Shown piece after piece: positions 9,845 to 19,397 of a stretch of DNA of 64,000 bases. Every line of letters begins with the position of its first letter. Position 1 is the stretch's first letter. Source of the stretch: Bacteroidota bacterium (GTDB lineage Bacteria > Bacteroidota > Bacteroidia > 2-12-FULL-35-15); NCBI GenBank assembly GCA_023251805.1, contig JAHEYB010000002.1, positions 35,038-99,037 on the forward strand. The letters are read 5' to 3'. The translations under genes were made by a program, and so were the position numbers. The notes under the pieces were generated by a model that did no database searches, was not told where the DNA came from, and saw only the letters and a program-made list of their open reading frames with translations.

Positions 9845-9972
9845 ACACTTCGACTACGCTCAGTGTGACGGCAAAAGGAATCGGTCAGACTGACAGCAAA
9901 AGGGAGCCGCTCAGAATGGTGGCAAAAAGGTAATCGCTCAATAAGACGTCACACTGAGCGTAGTCGAAGTGT
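9845..9972. repeat. Composite REP element: perfect 26-bp inverted repeats enclosing degenerate 25-27-nt tandem units
   Basis: ACACTTCGACTACGCTCAGTGTGACG (9845-9870) and its exact reverse complement (9947-9972). Confidence 0.88.
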
Positions 9973-10002
9973 ACATTAATACAAGGACAGATATGGTAAA
10001 AT

Positions 10003-10033
10003 AAAAAGGCTTTCTCATGGAGAAAGCCTTTTT
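10003..10033. terminator. Bidirectional intrinsic terminator
   Basis: AAAAAGGCTTTCTC-atg-GAGAAAGCCTTTTT between convergent kup and TPR genes. Confidence 0.88.
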
Positions 10034-10054
10034 ATTTATGTGATATTATATTGT

Positions 10055-11638
10055 TTAGCACTTTAACCCTGCAAGTACTTTTTTTGCTTGTGCGTTGGCC
10101 GGATCAAGTTCAAGAACTTTTTGCATATACAGTTTTACATTTGGACAATCTTTTTTCTCGGCATAATGCGCTGCTAAATAATTATAGGTGTCAATCAAAT
10201 CCTTTTTATTTTTTTCGGTCTCTTCCGGTTTCACTTTTGTTAAATACAATTCGTAATATGGTTTTGCCAACCATTTAGCATTATTCACATCCACTTGAAC
10301 ATTTATTTTTGCTCTCCATAAATATCCTAAAGGCAATTCGGGTTGAGCTTTAATAATTTGTACAGCCGCAGAATCTGCATTGATAAAGTCTTTCGAAAAA
10401 TAATAGGCGCGTGTTAATCCAAAATAATCATTTGCGTTTGGTTTCCCTTTTTCCATTTTCATTTTATAAGCAGCAATCGCTTCAGGATATTTTTTCATTT
10501 TGATATACGCATTGGCAAGATCGCCATTCAATTCTATCTTATCGGGTTGTAATTCCATTGCTTTTTTGAAATCAAGTATTGCAAGAGAATCTTTTGCTGT
10601 TTTAGATAATAGTTTTGCACGGTACTCATAATCCAAGCCAATAATTTTGTCGGCAGGTGCTTTAGAAAAAAAGGTATTGCTGTTTTCTAATCCGGCAGGA
10701 TAATCTGCGGTTTCATATTGAGCGTATGCTAAATAACGATACAAATAAATATTATTCGCATCACATTTTTGTGCTTCTTTTGAATCAGCAACACACTCTT
10801 TATAAAATTTTGACTCGAGTGCAAATCCAGCAGAGCGTGCACGCGCACCGCAATCATTATTTAATTGTAGATACCTTTTATACTGAGCATATGCTACCTT
10901 ATCTTGTCCAGCGCGGTGATAAATCTCAGCCATTTCGCGATAAGCTGGAGCAAATGTTGAATCAATTAGTTTTGCTTTTTTATAGGTGTCAATTGCCAAT
11001 TGATAATTCTTCGCACGGTTCCAAACCTGACCTTGTTTCAATAATGCGCGAGGAGATTTTGGGTCTAAGGCTCCGGCTTTTTCATAATTGGTGACCGCTT
11101 CTGTTCCTTTATTTTGTTCCAAAAATGCATCTCCGGTTAAAATAAATCCTTCCGGATTTTTGGGTTCCAGTTTTGTTGCTTTTGCTAACAAAATAAATGC
11201 ATCTGATAAATTTTTTGTGGGAGCAAAAATATATGCTTCAGCAATTTTCATAAAAACGGTTGCATTTTTTTCTGCCCCCAAAGTAGTTGCTTTAAAAAAG
11301 TATGCTTTAGCATCCGATGATTTATCTTTATACCATTGCACTTTCCCTAAACCAACGTAAGGCAAGGGATTGGTTGGATTCACATCAGCGCCTTTTTGGT
11401 ACATGGCATTTGCCATTTCCATATTGTCGTTTTTAAAATAGTTTTCACCATAATAAAAATAATAATCCCCACTATTTGGCTGAGATTGTAACAACGCTTT
11501 AAATGCCACGTCTGCTGATTCAAACTGTTCGTTTGTGGTTAACTTAAGAGCATCGTTTAATGTTTGTGCAATTGCGGTTGACCCAGCAACCAAAAACAAT
11601 GCAATTAAAAATTTAGTCATTTTAACCTGTTCTTTCAT
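10055..11638 (-). CDS. Tetratricopeptide repeat protein, secreted (start could be 11620)
   Basis: Signal peptide KFLIALFLVAGSTAIAQ; many TPR helices; last gene of exbB-tonB operon. Confidence 0.88.
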   Translation of the reverse strand: MKEQVKMTKFLIALFLVAGSTAIAQTLNDALKLTTNEQFESADVAFKALLQSQPNSGDYYFYYGENYFKNDNMEMANAMYQKGADVNPTNPLPYVGLGKVQWYKDKSSDAKAYFFKATTLGAEKNATVFMKIAEAYIFAPTKNLSDAFILLAKATKLEPKNPEGFILTGDAFLEQNKGTEAVTNYEKAGALDPKSPRALLKQGQVWNRAKNYQLAIDTYKKAKLIDSTFAPAYREMAEIYHRAGQDKVAYAQYKRYLQLNNDCGARARSAGFALESKFYKECVADSKEAQKCDANNIYLYRYLAYAQYETADYPAGLENSNTFFSKAPADKIIGLDYEYRAKLLSKTAKDSLAILDFKKAMELQPDKIELNGDLANAYIKMKKYPEAIAAYKMKMEKGKPNANDYFGLTRAYYFSKDFINADSAAVQIIKAQPELPLGYLWRAKINVQVDVNNAKWLAKPYYELYLTKVKPEETEKNKKDLIDTYNYLAAHYAEKKDCPNVKLYMQKVLELDPANAQAKKVLAGLKC

Positions 11639-11639
11639 A

Positions 11640-12569
11640 TTATTCAATATTAACTTGTACTAATCTTACCGGAGCAACTGCCGGAATAAGCCCTGCTTTT
11701 AAAATCATTAGCTGTCCTTTGTCGCCAGCAACGAAAGATACAAATCCCATACCAAGTCCCGCACGAGTTTGTCGGTTTATCATGTACACATTGCGGGTAA
11801 AAGCGTATTCTTTTGTTTTTATGTATGCCTGGTATGCTTTTAGGGGTTCTGAAGCAGTATCTTTTGCAATGGCAACCACTCTTACTTTTTTAAGCGTATT
11901 TGTTGTCAGTGAGTCGTCCATATCGCTTATCCAATTCACACTTAAAAAGCCTATTGAATTTTTGTGAGTACTAACATAGTCAATTACTTCGGGATTTGAT
12001 TTCACAGCAAATACGTTACTAGAAAAGTCTTTCCCTTGCAGAAGTGTATCGCGCATATAGCGTGCATTTGCAGAGCCTGCATTATCGAAAACAATTTTGA
12101 TTCCTTCGGGTGCCGATTGTTTGTTTAACTGGCTCCAAAGTGAATCTTTACCCAGTAAAATCGACTTTACTTGTTCAACTGTTAGTATTGTGTCATTGTT
12201 TTCGGGATTCACGAGCAATACAATAGCATCCTCGGCAATTTTTGTAGATATTGGAAACAGGTTTTTTGCTTCAAAGGATTTGCGTTCGGTGGCAGTAAGG
12301 TCGCGACACATCACTACTACTTTGCAGGAATCGTTAATTAAGCGAGTTAAAGCCTCGTTTTCTGGGAGATAATCGACAAGGACATGCGCATTTTTGTAAA
12401 TCGCTTCAAATGTAAACACCTGATTGTCAAATAGTTTCTGAAATGATTCGTCTACCACAATTGTTACTTCGCCTGAAGTGGGCGTATCAGTGGGTTCGGG
12501 TTTGGAGTCGCCCGAGCATGCCCAGCATGTAATTGCTAGAAAAATACTTCCAAAAATGATATTTTTCAT
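11640..12569 (-). CDS. PstS-like periplasmic substrate-binding lipoprotein
   Basis: Lipobox CWAC; DTPTSGEVTIVVDESF; conserved position in Bacteroidota tonB operon. Confidence 0.85.
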   Translation of the reverse strand: MKNIIFGSIFLAITCWACSGDSKPEPTDTPTSGEVTIVVDESFQKLFDNQVFTFEAIYKNAHVLVDYLPENEALTRLINDSCKVVVMCRDLTATERKSFEAKNLFPISTKIAEDAIVLLVNPENNDTILTVEQVKSILLGKDSLWSQLNKQSAPEGIKIVFDNAGSANARYMRDTLLQGKDFSSNVFAVKSNPEVIDYVSTHKNSIGFLSVNWISDMDDSLTTNTLKKVRVVAIAKDTASEPLKAYQAYIKTKEYAFTRNVYMINRQTRAGLGMGFVSFVAGDKGQLMILKAGLIPAVAPVRLVQVNIE

Positions 12570-12570
12570 T

Positions 12571-12852
12571 TTAACTATTTGTTTCTTCTGTTTGAATTGC
12601 TTGTTTTGTTTCCAACTTAGAATTAATTCTCACTAATTTATTGATGTATCTGCGATAAGCGATATAAAAACGCAGAGTCCCGAATAAAATCAGGAAAATG
12701 CCAATCATACTTCTTCCTTTTGGCAAAAGATCCATCCAGGTATCGGTAAAAAGAAAGAGTATACCAATGGTAAGATAAAAACCAAAAAGCAAAAAACTAA
12801 GGTAAAACCTTAGTCTGTTCCAAGAATATTTTAGCTTTATTTTAAAACTCAT
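12571..12852 (-). CDS. Small 2-TM membrane protein
   Basis: MSFKIKLKYSWNRLRFYL..., two hydrophobic segments; overlaps upstream gene stop. Confidence 0.7.
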   Translation of the reverse strand: MSFKIKLKYSWNRLRFYLSFLLFGFYLTIGILFLFTDTWMDLLPKGRSMIGIFLILFGTLRFYIAYRRYINKLVRINSKLETKQAIQTEETNS

Positions 12853-13045
12853 TGTTTTTATCTTTTCTATGTTTCCAAATGATAACGCCTGTTCTGAATG
12901 CACAGTATATAAACATTGTAATTCCAAGTTCCTTACGATAATTAGGAAAAGTATCTGCTGCGATATCTGTACAAAAAAACAGCAATCCCAAACCCAGAAA
13001 AACTGCTATCATAAAAAAGTTTGAATAATAGCGTATTTTATCCAC
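12842..13045 (-). CDS. Small 2-TM membrane protein, paralog of 12571-12852
   Basis: GTG start; aligns by eye with neighbour (LG/IG..F.TD....P..R..GI......R). Confidence 0.7.
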   Translation of the reverse strand: MDKIRYYSNFFMIAVFLGLGLLFFCTDIAADTFPNYRKELGITMFIYCAFRTGVIIWKHRKDKNNEF

Positions 13046-13116
13046 GGACGAATTGCTGTTGGTTTATTTTAAAACAGGTTATTTAGTTTGTAAACGCAGG
13101 TTAAAAACCTGTGATA

Positions 13117-13944
13117 CTAGTTTAATTTAAACTTAATAGGCATATTAAATTGTACACGAACTTCGCGACCATTTTGTTTACCAACTTTCCAAGGCGGCAT
13201 TTTTTTAGCTACTGCAAGTGCAAGTTTATCATATCCTGGTCCGCCCGGCACACCCCTTAAAAGTTTTACATCGGTGATGCTACCATCTTTTTCAACTACG
13301 AAGGTTAAGTATACAGTTCCCTGAACTCCACCTTCTTTTTCCATTGCAGGATAACCCACTTTTTCAATTTCTTTTGCAATCCATTTTGCACGAGCTTCTT
13401 CACCACCAACAAATTCGGGCATTTGCTCAACAATAGTAAGCGGTGTTTCTATTACCGGTTCTACTACTTGGTTTCCGTTTCCTTCATCGGGAATAATAAT
13501 TTCTTCTCCGGTTCCTTCTACTGTTTCGGTACTAATCTGAGGCGTTTCTTCTGTTTGAACAGGAGGTGGCTCATCTACAACTTCATCATCGGTGACAACA
13601 GGAGGAGTGAATTTCACTGTTTCCATCACAGGTGGAGGTGGTGGCGGTGGAGGTGGTGGCTCCGATTCGTCAATTGGTGGAGGTGCGGTAAGATCAAGCG
13701 GACTAATGTCTACCGGAACTTCTACTTCATCCAATTTATTATTTATCCAATCGATGATTGCAGGCATGCTTACAGCGAGTAAAAATGAAGCACCGGTAAT
13801 GAGCAATGCAAATGCAACACTTCGATTGTGGTTTTTACGAAGTTCGTAAGCACCATATGCTTTGTTTCTATCTTCAAACACCATGTCGTTGCGCACGGGG
13901 GCAACAACACTGTCCCAATTATTAAATAATGATGATTCTGCCAT
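13117..13944 (-). CDS. tonB: Energy transducer TonB
   Basis: RNKAYGAYELRK, TM, poly-Pro linker, TonB-C (EQMPEFVGG...FVVEKDG...GKQNGREVRV). Confidence 0.93.
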   Translation of the reverse strand: MAESSLFNNWDSVVAPVRNDMVFEDRNKAYGAYELRKNHNRSVAFALLITGASFLLAVSMPAIIDWINNKLDEVEVPVDISPLDLTAPPPIDESEPPPPPPPPPPVMETVKFTPPVVTDDEVVDEPPPVQTEETPQISTETVEGTGEEIIIPDEGNGNQVVEPVIETPLTIVEQMPEFVGGEEARAKWIAKEIEKVGYPAMEKEGGVQGTVYLTFVVEKDGSITDVKLLRGVPGGPGYDKLALAVAKKMPPWKVGKQNGREVRVQFNMPIKFKLN

Positions 13945-13952
13945 CTTGCTAA

Positions 13953-14594
13953 TTATTTAGAAGTTGCTTTTAATAATTCCAATTCTTTTGCGCCCATATC
14001 TACAACGGCATACTTACCAATGTTGCAAATATTTAGTTCGTCTACTACATCAATAATGTTTTTGTAAACGGCACCATCGTCAGCTTTCACTAGTACTGTC
14101 AGTGCTTCTTTTGCGCCTTTTTCACCTACTACAGATTTTTTATATGTGCTGTCTGCAATTTCTTTTTTCTTGAATTGCTCGGTTAGTTTATTAATCGCAG
14201 TGATTGTTTTAGCGTTTTTCTCTAATAACAGGGCGTGAAGACCTTCAGAAGAAAAGTCTGTTTTGGTAAGTTTTGTTAGCGGTTTTCCATTAGGATTAGG
14301 AATTCCTTCTGCAAAAAATTCTCCGTAATAGTAATAAATCTCATCATCTTTTGATAAAATGAAAGTCAATGCATTGTTTACTTTTATTCTATCGTCTTCT
14401 TTCTTCGGTTTTGCAGGATAATTAATTTCCATAGTTTTCGGTTTCGCGAACGTGGAAGTTAATACGAAAAACGTAAGGAGTAAAAAGGCCAAATCCACCA
14501 TTGGCGTCATATCTATTCGGGTTGATGATTTTTTGGCGCGTTTCTTTGCGTGTTTTCCTCCACCTCCGCCATCACCGGTATTTACATCTGCCAT
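13953..14594 (-). CDS. exbD: Biopolymer transporter ExbD
   Basis: IDMTPMVDLAFLLLTFF. Confidence 0.92.
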   Translation of the reverse strand: MADVNTGDGGGGGKHAKKRAKKSSTRIDMTPMVDLAFLLLTFFVLTSTFAKPKTMEINYPAKPKKEDDRIKVNNALTFILSKDDEIYYYYGEFFAEGIPNPNGKPLTKLTKTDFSSEGLHALLLEKNAKTITAINKLTEQFKKKEIADSTYKKSVVGEKGAKEALTVLVKADDGAVYKNIIDVVDELNICNIGKYAVVDMGAKELELLKATSK

Positions 14595-14674
14595 TTTATT
14601 TTTTTTAAATGTTATAAATCAGTAGAATTATTCTTAAGATGTTTTCAGAAGAAAAATTCCACACTTATTTTTAA

Positions 14675-15337
14675 TTATTCTGTAACCGGTCCTTGTTCAA
14701 GGTCGGTAATTAAGTTAAAGCGATAAATATCCATGTCTGTAAACACTTTAATAATATCTTTTACAGCGATATAATTTGTTTTTGCATCTGCTTTAATTGC
14801 GAAACGTAAGGGTTCATATTTAAAATCTCTTCCCAATGTTTCGGCTCTTTCTTTTTCTGCTTTTGCTTGTCGTGCTGCCTCAATTTGTCCGAATCTAATC
14901 CAATCACCTAGCTCGTTGTGTAGTGAATCGTGCGGAATTCCGGGTGATCTCACAGCTACACGTTCGGCATCGGGCAAGTTGATGTATTGCTTCAACTGCG
15001 ACATAGGAACGCCAATACTAGTCATACCGCTAAAGGTTGTTATCTCTTTTTCGGTAAAGGTGATTTTGTATTGTTGCGCCATTTTTTGCAATGTTTTTTT
15101 GCGCACATCGCCATTGTTGATGTTAAAGAATGGATACCCTTTTTGATCGATAGAGATTAGGATTACATTTTTAGGTAATAATTTATCTGCTGTAGAAGAA
15201 GGAGTGTCCACAACAACAGGCTCGGTAACTCTTGAAGTTGCAGTAAGCATAAAGAAAGTAACCAAAAGGAAAGCCAAATCCACCATTGGTGTCATGTCCA
15301 ATGTTGGGCTACCTTTAGATGATGATACTTCAGCCAT
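14675..15337 (-). CDS. exbD: Biopolymer transporter ExbD
   Basis: LDMTPMVDLAFLLVTFFM. Confidence 0.92.
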   Translation of the reverse strand: MAEVSSSKGSPTLDMTPMVDLAFLLVTFFMLTATSRVTEPVVVDTPSSTADKLLPKNVILISIDQKGYPFFNINNGDVRKKTLQKMAQQYKITFTEKEITTFSGMTSIGVPMSQLKQYINLPDAERVAVRSPGIPHDSLHNELGDWIRFGQIEAARQAKAEKERAETLGRDFKYEPLRFAIKADAKTNYIAVKDIIKVFTDMDIYRFNLITDLEQGPVTE

Positions 15338-15377
15338 ATTAATTTTTTTAAATTATTTTAACTTAGTTCTAAATAAA

Positions 15378-16175
15378 TTATTTAGACATTTTTAGTGTGT
15401 GTAACAAGCTGTATCCGGCTTCATCCATACTATGAGTAATGGCATCCACTCGAGTGCTGAAATAGTTGTACATAATGATACCAACAACCGACCCGATGAT
15501 ACCAATAGCAGTATTAATCAAGGCTTCGGAGATACCAGTTGCAAGAGCAGCAGTGTCAGGAGAACCTGCAGCAGACATGGCAGCAAATGAACGAATCATC
15601 CCCAATACTGTTCCAATCAAACCCCAAAGAGTAGCAATGGTAGCACAAGTAGTGATGATAGATAAATTTTTAGAAAGCATTGGTAATTCTAAAGAAGTAG
15701 CTTCTTCCAATTCTTTTTGAACAGCTTCGATTTTTTCTTCAGTGTTTAAAGTAGAATCATTTTGCACAGTTTGTAATTTTTCAACTCCTGAACGAACAAC
15801 GTTCGCCAATGAGCCTTGTTGTTTATCACAAGCTGCAATAGCATCATCGTATTGGTTTGCGGCCAACAGCGATTTGATATTGCGTAAAAATTCATCTGCT
15901 TTCCCTTTTCCCTTTGCTTTAGAAATTGTGATTAAACGCTCTAAAGAAAAAGTAACGATAATCATGAAGATAGCCATCAGAATTGGTACGATAAACCCTC
16001 CGGCATGCATCATTCCAAGATAGTTTCCTTCTTTTGGATGGCCTTCAGCATCAAAATTGCCAGGTGCACCTAGTACAAACATGTAAATTAAAACTCCAAT
16101 CACAATTGAAATCACAATTGCTAAAAGTGCGGTCATAAAGTTAAACCCGCCAGATGTTGATTTTTGATTACTCAT
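15378..16175 (-). CDS. exbB: MotA/TolQ/ExbB proton channel protein
   Basis: GLIGTVLGMI, GISEALINTA; TATGTTTG -7 box at 16278-16285. Confidence 0.93.
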   Translation of the reverse strand: MSNQKSTSGGFNFMTALLAIVISIVIGVLIYMFVLGAPGNFDAEGHPKEGNYLGMMHAGGFIVPILMAIFMIIVTFSLERLITISKAKGKGKADEFLRNIKSLLAANQYDDAIAACDKQQGSLANVVRSGVEKLQTVQNDSTLNTEEKIEAVQKELEEATSLELPMLSKNLSIITTCATIATLWGLIGTVLGMIRSFAAMSAAGSPDTAALATGISEALINTAIGIIGSVVGIIMYNYFSTRVDAITHSMDEAGYSLLHTLKMSK

Positions 16176-16458
16176 ATTTTTTTGATTTTGGTTTATTTTA
16201 TTATTTAGTTTTTTAATACATACAAATTTTTGAAAAGATGGTTCTTTTTTTTGAAAAAATTTTATTCAATAGGGCATCAAACATACTAAATCTATTTCGA
16301 ATGTAAAAATTTTTAATGAAACTTAATCAATCTAAAACACAGGGCTAATAACCACGAAATAAGGCAAAAGATTGCTTAGAGATTTAAGCTTTTATTAAAT
16401 GGCGGGATTTAAGCGGTAAGGGGTTGGAATATGATAGTAAATGGGGAAATTGCCCCTT

Positions 16459-16502
16459 ACTCTTCGATATGTCTGCTTCAACGCAGAATGCTCAGAGTGA
16501 CG
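16459..16502. repeat. CGTC-type REP, long variant with internal hairpin
   Basis: ACTCTTCGATATGTCTGCTTCAACGCAGAATGCTCAGAGTGACG; near-identical copies at 17947 and 25452. Confidence 0.85.
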
Positions 16503-16505
16503 GAT

Positions 16506-17144
16506 TTATAATCCTCCTCGGTTTTTGGTAGCCTTTGTTTTGACAAAAAGGGAAGCTATTGTTATGATTATCAGTCCAATAATAATATATCCAATGTTTT
16601 TTGTTACCCAAGGATTTGTTCCAAAAAAATAGCCAATACCAGCCAAAGAGCCTACCCAGATAACTGCTCCAATCATGTTGTACAACATGTATTTTTTATA
16701 ATCCATCTGGATCATCCCACCTATCACTGGTGCAAAATTTCGTATCAATGGTAAGAAACGCCCTACTATCAATATTTTTCCTCCATGTTGGTCATAAAGA
16801 TTTATCGTGCGATCTATCCACCATTTTTTAAATATGAAGATCTTAGTGTCTGGTTTCATGCATCTTGGTCCCATCGTTTTAAAGCCAAACCAATAACCAA
16901 TGTAATAACCAATGATGGCGGCAATGGAAAGCAAAATGATCAAGACAAGCAGGTTTACTCCCAATGTTTCGGGCTTGGAATAACAAAGAATTCCTGCCAT
17001 AAAGATGAGGGAGTTTCCAGGAAGAAAAAAACCTGCAAGGAAAGAACACTCAGCAAAAACAATAAAGATAAGGAAAGCCAGACTTCCCCAATTAATAATG
17101 TATTGGGCATCACTAAAATTCCTGATAAATTGTATTACTTCCAT
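16506..17144 (-). CDS. DedA family (VTT domain) membrane protein, divergent paralog
   Basis: Start MEVIQF; FAECSFLAGFFLPGNSL, GRFLPLIRNFAP; own TAAGTTTG -7 box at 17165-17172. Confidence 0.88.
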   Translation of the reverse strand: MEVIQFIRNFSDAQYIINWGSLAFLIFIVFAECSFLAGFFLPGNSLIFMAGILCYSKPETLGVNLLVLIILLSIAAIIGYYIGYWFGFKTMGPRCMKPDTKIFIFKKWWIDRTINLYDQHGGKILIVGRFLPLIRNFAPVIGGMIQMDYKKYMLYNMIGAVIWVGSLAGIGYFFGTNPWVTKNIGYIIIGLIIITIASLFVKTKATKNRGGL

Positions 17145-17182
17145 TCGGGGTGCAAAAATTTTTGCAAACTTACGAATATTGT

Positions 17183-17278
17183 TATTCATATTCGACCTGC
17201 TACCAATATTCGACCCTCTGGGGTCGGGAAGAATCTGATGTGGGTTTCTATTCATATTCGCCCCCCTGGGGTCGGGAA
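17183..17278. repeat. Cluster of ATATTCGACCC-GGGGTCG palindromic repeats
   Basis: TATTCATATTCGACC (17183), AATATTCGACCCTCTGGGGTCGGGAA (17205), TATTCATATTCGCCCCCCTGGGGTCGGGAA (17249). Confidence 0.75.
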
Positions 17279-17296
17279 TGGAAAACTAATTGAATG

Positions 17297-17926
17297 TTAG
17301 TGGCTTTGTCTGTTTTTTCTTTCTCTTAGGAATGTTGTAAGAACAGGGATTGTGGTGATTACAATTAAGCCAATAACAATGTAGCCGATATTTTCTTGCA
17401 CCCAAATGTATGTTCCCAAATAGTATCCAATGCTAGATAAAATTCCAATCCATGCAAATGCGCCAATAACATTGTACAACATAAATTTTTTGAAATCAAT
17501 TTTTACAACACCAGCTAAAATGGGCGCAAAGGTCCGGATAATAGGTAAGAATCGACCAATAATTATCGTTTTGCCTCCATTTTTATTATAGAATTCACGA
17601 GTAACTTCTAAATATTTTTTCTTAAAAATGAGTGAATCTTTTCGTTGAAAAAGTGGCGGTCCAACTTTATAACCAAACCAATAACCTGCCATGTTTCCTA
17701 GTATTGCTGCGGTGGACAAGCATAAGATGAGAACGAATAAATTGATGCCCAGCAGTTCGGGTTTTGAAACGCAGATCATTCCTGAAATAAAAATGAGTGA
17801 ATCACCCGGAAGAAAAAAACCGATGAGTAGACCCGTTTCAGCAAACACAACAAATAACAAAAGGGCTAACCCACCATATTGGATAATGGATTGCGGGTCG
17901 GTGAGTTGTTTTAGAAATTCTACCAT
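17297..17926 (-). CDS. dedA: DedA family membrane protein
   Basis: FAETGLLIGFFLPGDSL, GRFLPIIRTFAP. Confidence 0.93.
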   Translation of the reverse strand: MVEFLKQLTDPQSIIQYGGLALLLFVVFAETGLLIGFFLPGDSLIFISGMICVSKPELLGINLFVLILCLSTAAILGNMAGYWFGYKVGPPLFQRKDSLIFKKKYLEVTREFYNKNGGKTIIIGRFLPIIRTFAPILAGVVKIDFKKFMLYNVIGAFAWIGILSSIGYYLGTYIWVQENIGYIVIGLIVITTIPVLTTFLRERKNRQSH

Positions 17927-17946
17927 AATACGGATAACAAATCTAT

Positions 17947-17990
17947 ACCCTTCGATGTGTCTGCTTCAACGCAGAATGCTCAGGGTGACG
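17947..17990. repeat. CGTC-type REP, long variant
   Basis: ACCCTTCGATGTGTCTGCTTCAACGCAGAATGCTCAGGGTGACG. Confidence 0.85.
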
Positions 17991-18014
17991 CATGAATATG
18001 TTCATCGTAAATAA

Positions 18015-19256
18015 CTAATCCAGTTTTACTTTATCAGAATTATCAAGAGGGACGTTGAGTTCTCCTTCCCATTTGCTGATAACGGCTGTGGCGACAGCGT
18101 TTCCAACAACGTTGGTTGCAGAGCGACCCATGTCTAAAATCTGATCGATGCCAAGTAGTAATAATAATCCGGCAACGGGAATATTAAAATGCGCCAACAT
18201 TCCTGCTATTACAACGAGCGATGCACGCGGGATTCCAGCCATTCCTTTACTTGTAACTAATAAAATTAAAAGCATAGTGACTTGTTGTCCAACCGTCATT
18301 TCAATTCCATATGCTTGTGCAATAAATACTGTTGCAAAGGTCATATACATCATGGAACCATCGAGATTAAAAGAATATCCGAGTGGTAAAACAAAACTTA
18401 CAATTCGGTTTCCGCAACCAAAACGTTCGAGTGATTCGATTGTTTTTGGCATTGCTGCTTCGGAACTCGCTGTGCTAAATGCTAGTAAAATAGGCTCTTT
18501 AATATAGTTCAACAATTTGAAAAAATTAATTTTCATGAAGAAGCAAATCAAAAATAGGACTCCGAAAACAAATAAAATCAAGCCGAGGTAGAAGGTTCCG
18601 ATCAAATACACATAGCCTGCAAGCACGCCCAATCCTTGCTTTGCGACCACCGCTGCCAAAGCACCAAACACTCCGAATGGAGCAAAGGCCATGACATAAT
18701 TGGTGACTTTAAACATGATGTGAGAAACCGAATCAAAAAAGTCGACTACTACTTTACCTTTGTTTCCGATAGATGCCGCGGCAACACCAAAAAACAAAGC
18801 AAAAATAACGATGGGTAAAATTTCATTTTTCGCCATCACATCTACAATACTTTCTGGGATAACGTGATTGATGAAATTTTTTGTGTCGAATTCTTTCGCG
18901 GCTTGAACGCCAACTTCAGCATTTTCTGGTGGTAAAGGCAAATGCATTCTTTTGCCCGGTGAAGTGAAATTAACCAACATTAATCCCAGTAAAAGAGAAA
19001 TGATAGCAGCGGTAGTAAAATATAAAAGTGTTTTTATTCCTATTCTACCAACCGATTTAAAATCGCCTACTTTGGCAACGCCTACTACCAATACAGAGAA
19101 TACCAATGGAGCGATAATCATTTTTATGAAGCGCATGAAAATATCGCTAAGGATGTGCAGGCTTGGTGCAAAATCTTTCCAGAAATATCCAACGATGATT
19201 CCCAGGAGCATTCCTGCAAATATTTGAATGATTAAGGAGGGCTTTTTTAGTTTCAT
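18015..19256 (-). CDS. Dicarboxylate/amino acid:cation symporter (GltP/DctA family)
   Basis: AFSTASSEA, PLGYSFNLDGS, DMGRSATNVVGNA; TATATTTG -7 box at 19328-19335. Confidence 0.95.
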   Translation of the reverse strand: MKLKKPSLIIQIFAGMLLGIIVGYFWKDFAPSLHILSDIFMRFIKMIIAPLVFSVLVVGVAKVGDFKSVGRIGIKTLLYFTTAAIISLLLGLMLVNFTSPGKRMHLPLPPENAEVGVQAAKEFDTKNFINHVIPESIVDVMAKNEILPIVIFALFFGVAAASIGNKGKVVVDFFDSVSHIMFKVTNYVMAFAPFGVFGALAAVVAKQGLGVLAGYVYLIGTFYLGLILFVFGVLFLICFFMKINFFKLLNYIKEPILLAFSTASSEAAMPKTIESLERFGCGNRIVSFVLPLGYSFNLDGSMMYMTFATVFIAQAYGIEMTVGQQVTMLLILLVTSKGMAGIPRASLVVIAGMLAHFNIPVAGLLLLLGIDQILDMGRSATNVVGNAVATAVISKWEGELNVPLDNSDKVKLD

Positions 19257-19273
19257 AATTAACTTTCGTGTTT

Positions 19274-19315
19274 AACCGCAGAGGCCGCAGAGATTTTTCG
19301 CTGAGGTCGCGGAGA
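19274..19315. repeat. Short CGC(A/T/G)GAG tandem repeat patch
   Basis: CGCAGAG (19277, 19286), CGCTGAG (19299), CGCGGAG (19308). Confidence 0.65.
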
Positions 19316-19350
19316 AATTTATTGAAACAAATATACACTTTGTAAAATAA

Positions 19351-19378
19351 AAAAGCCTCTCTTAACAGAGAGGCTTTT
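19351..19378 (-). terminator. nuo operon terminator
   Basis: AAAAGCCTCTCT-taac-AGAGAGGCTTTT just after nuoN stop. Confidence 0.88.
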
Positions 19379-19397
19379 AGAATATATCAATTAAAAA

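Noticed and set aside
9845..9972. CRISPR mini-array
   Set aside because: Units are degenerate and contiguous with no unique spacers, the ends are inverted rather than direct, and no cas genes are in the window.
17145..17255. N-terminal extension of the second DedA (similarly NuoJ 25430-25474 and the 33939-33986 extension)
   Set aside because: These run through repeat elements or the promoter; downstream starts match homolog length or signal peptide.
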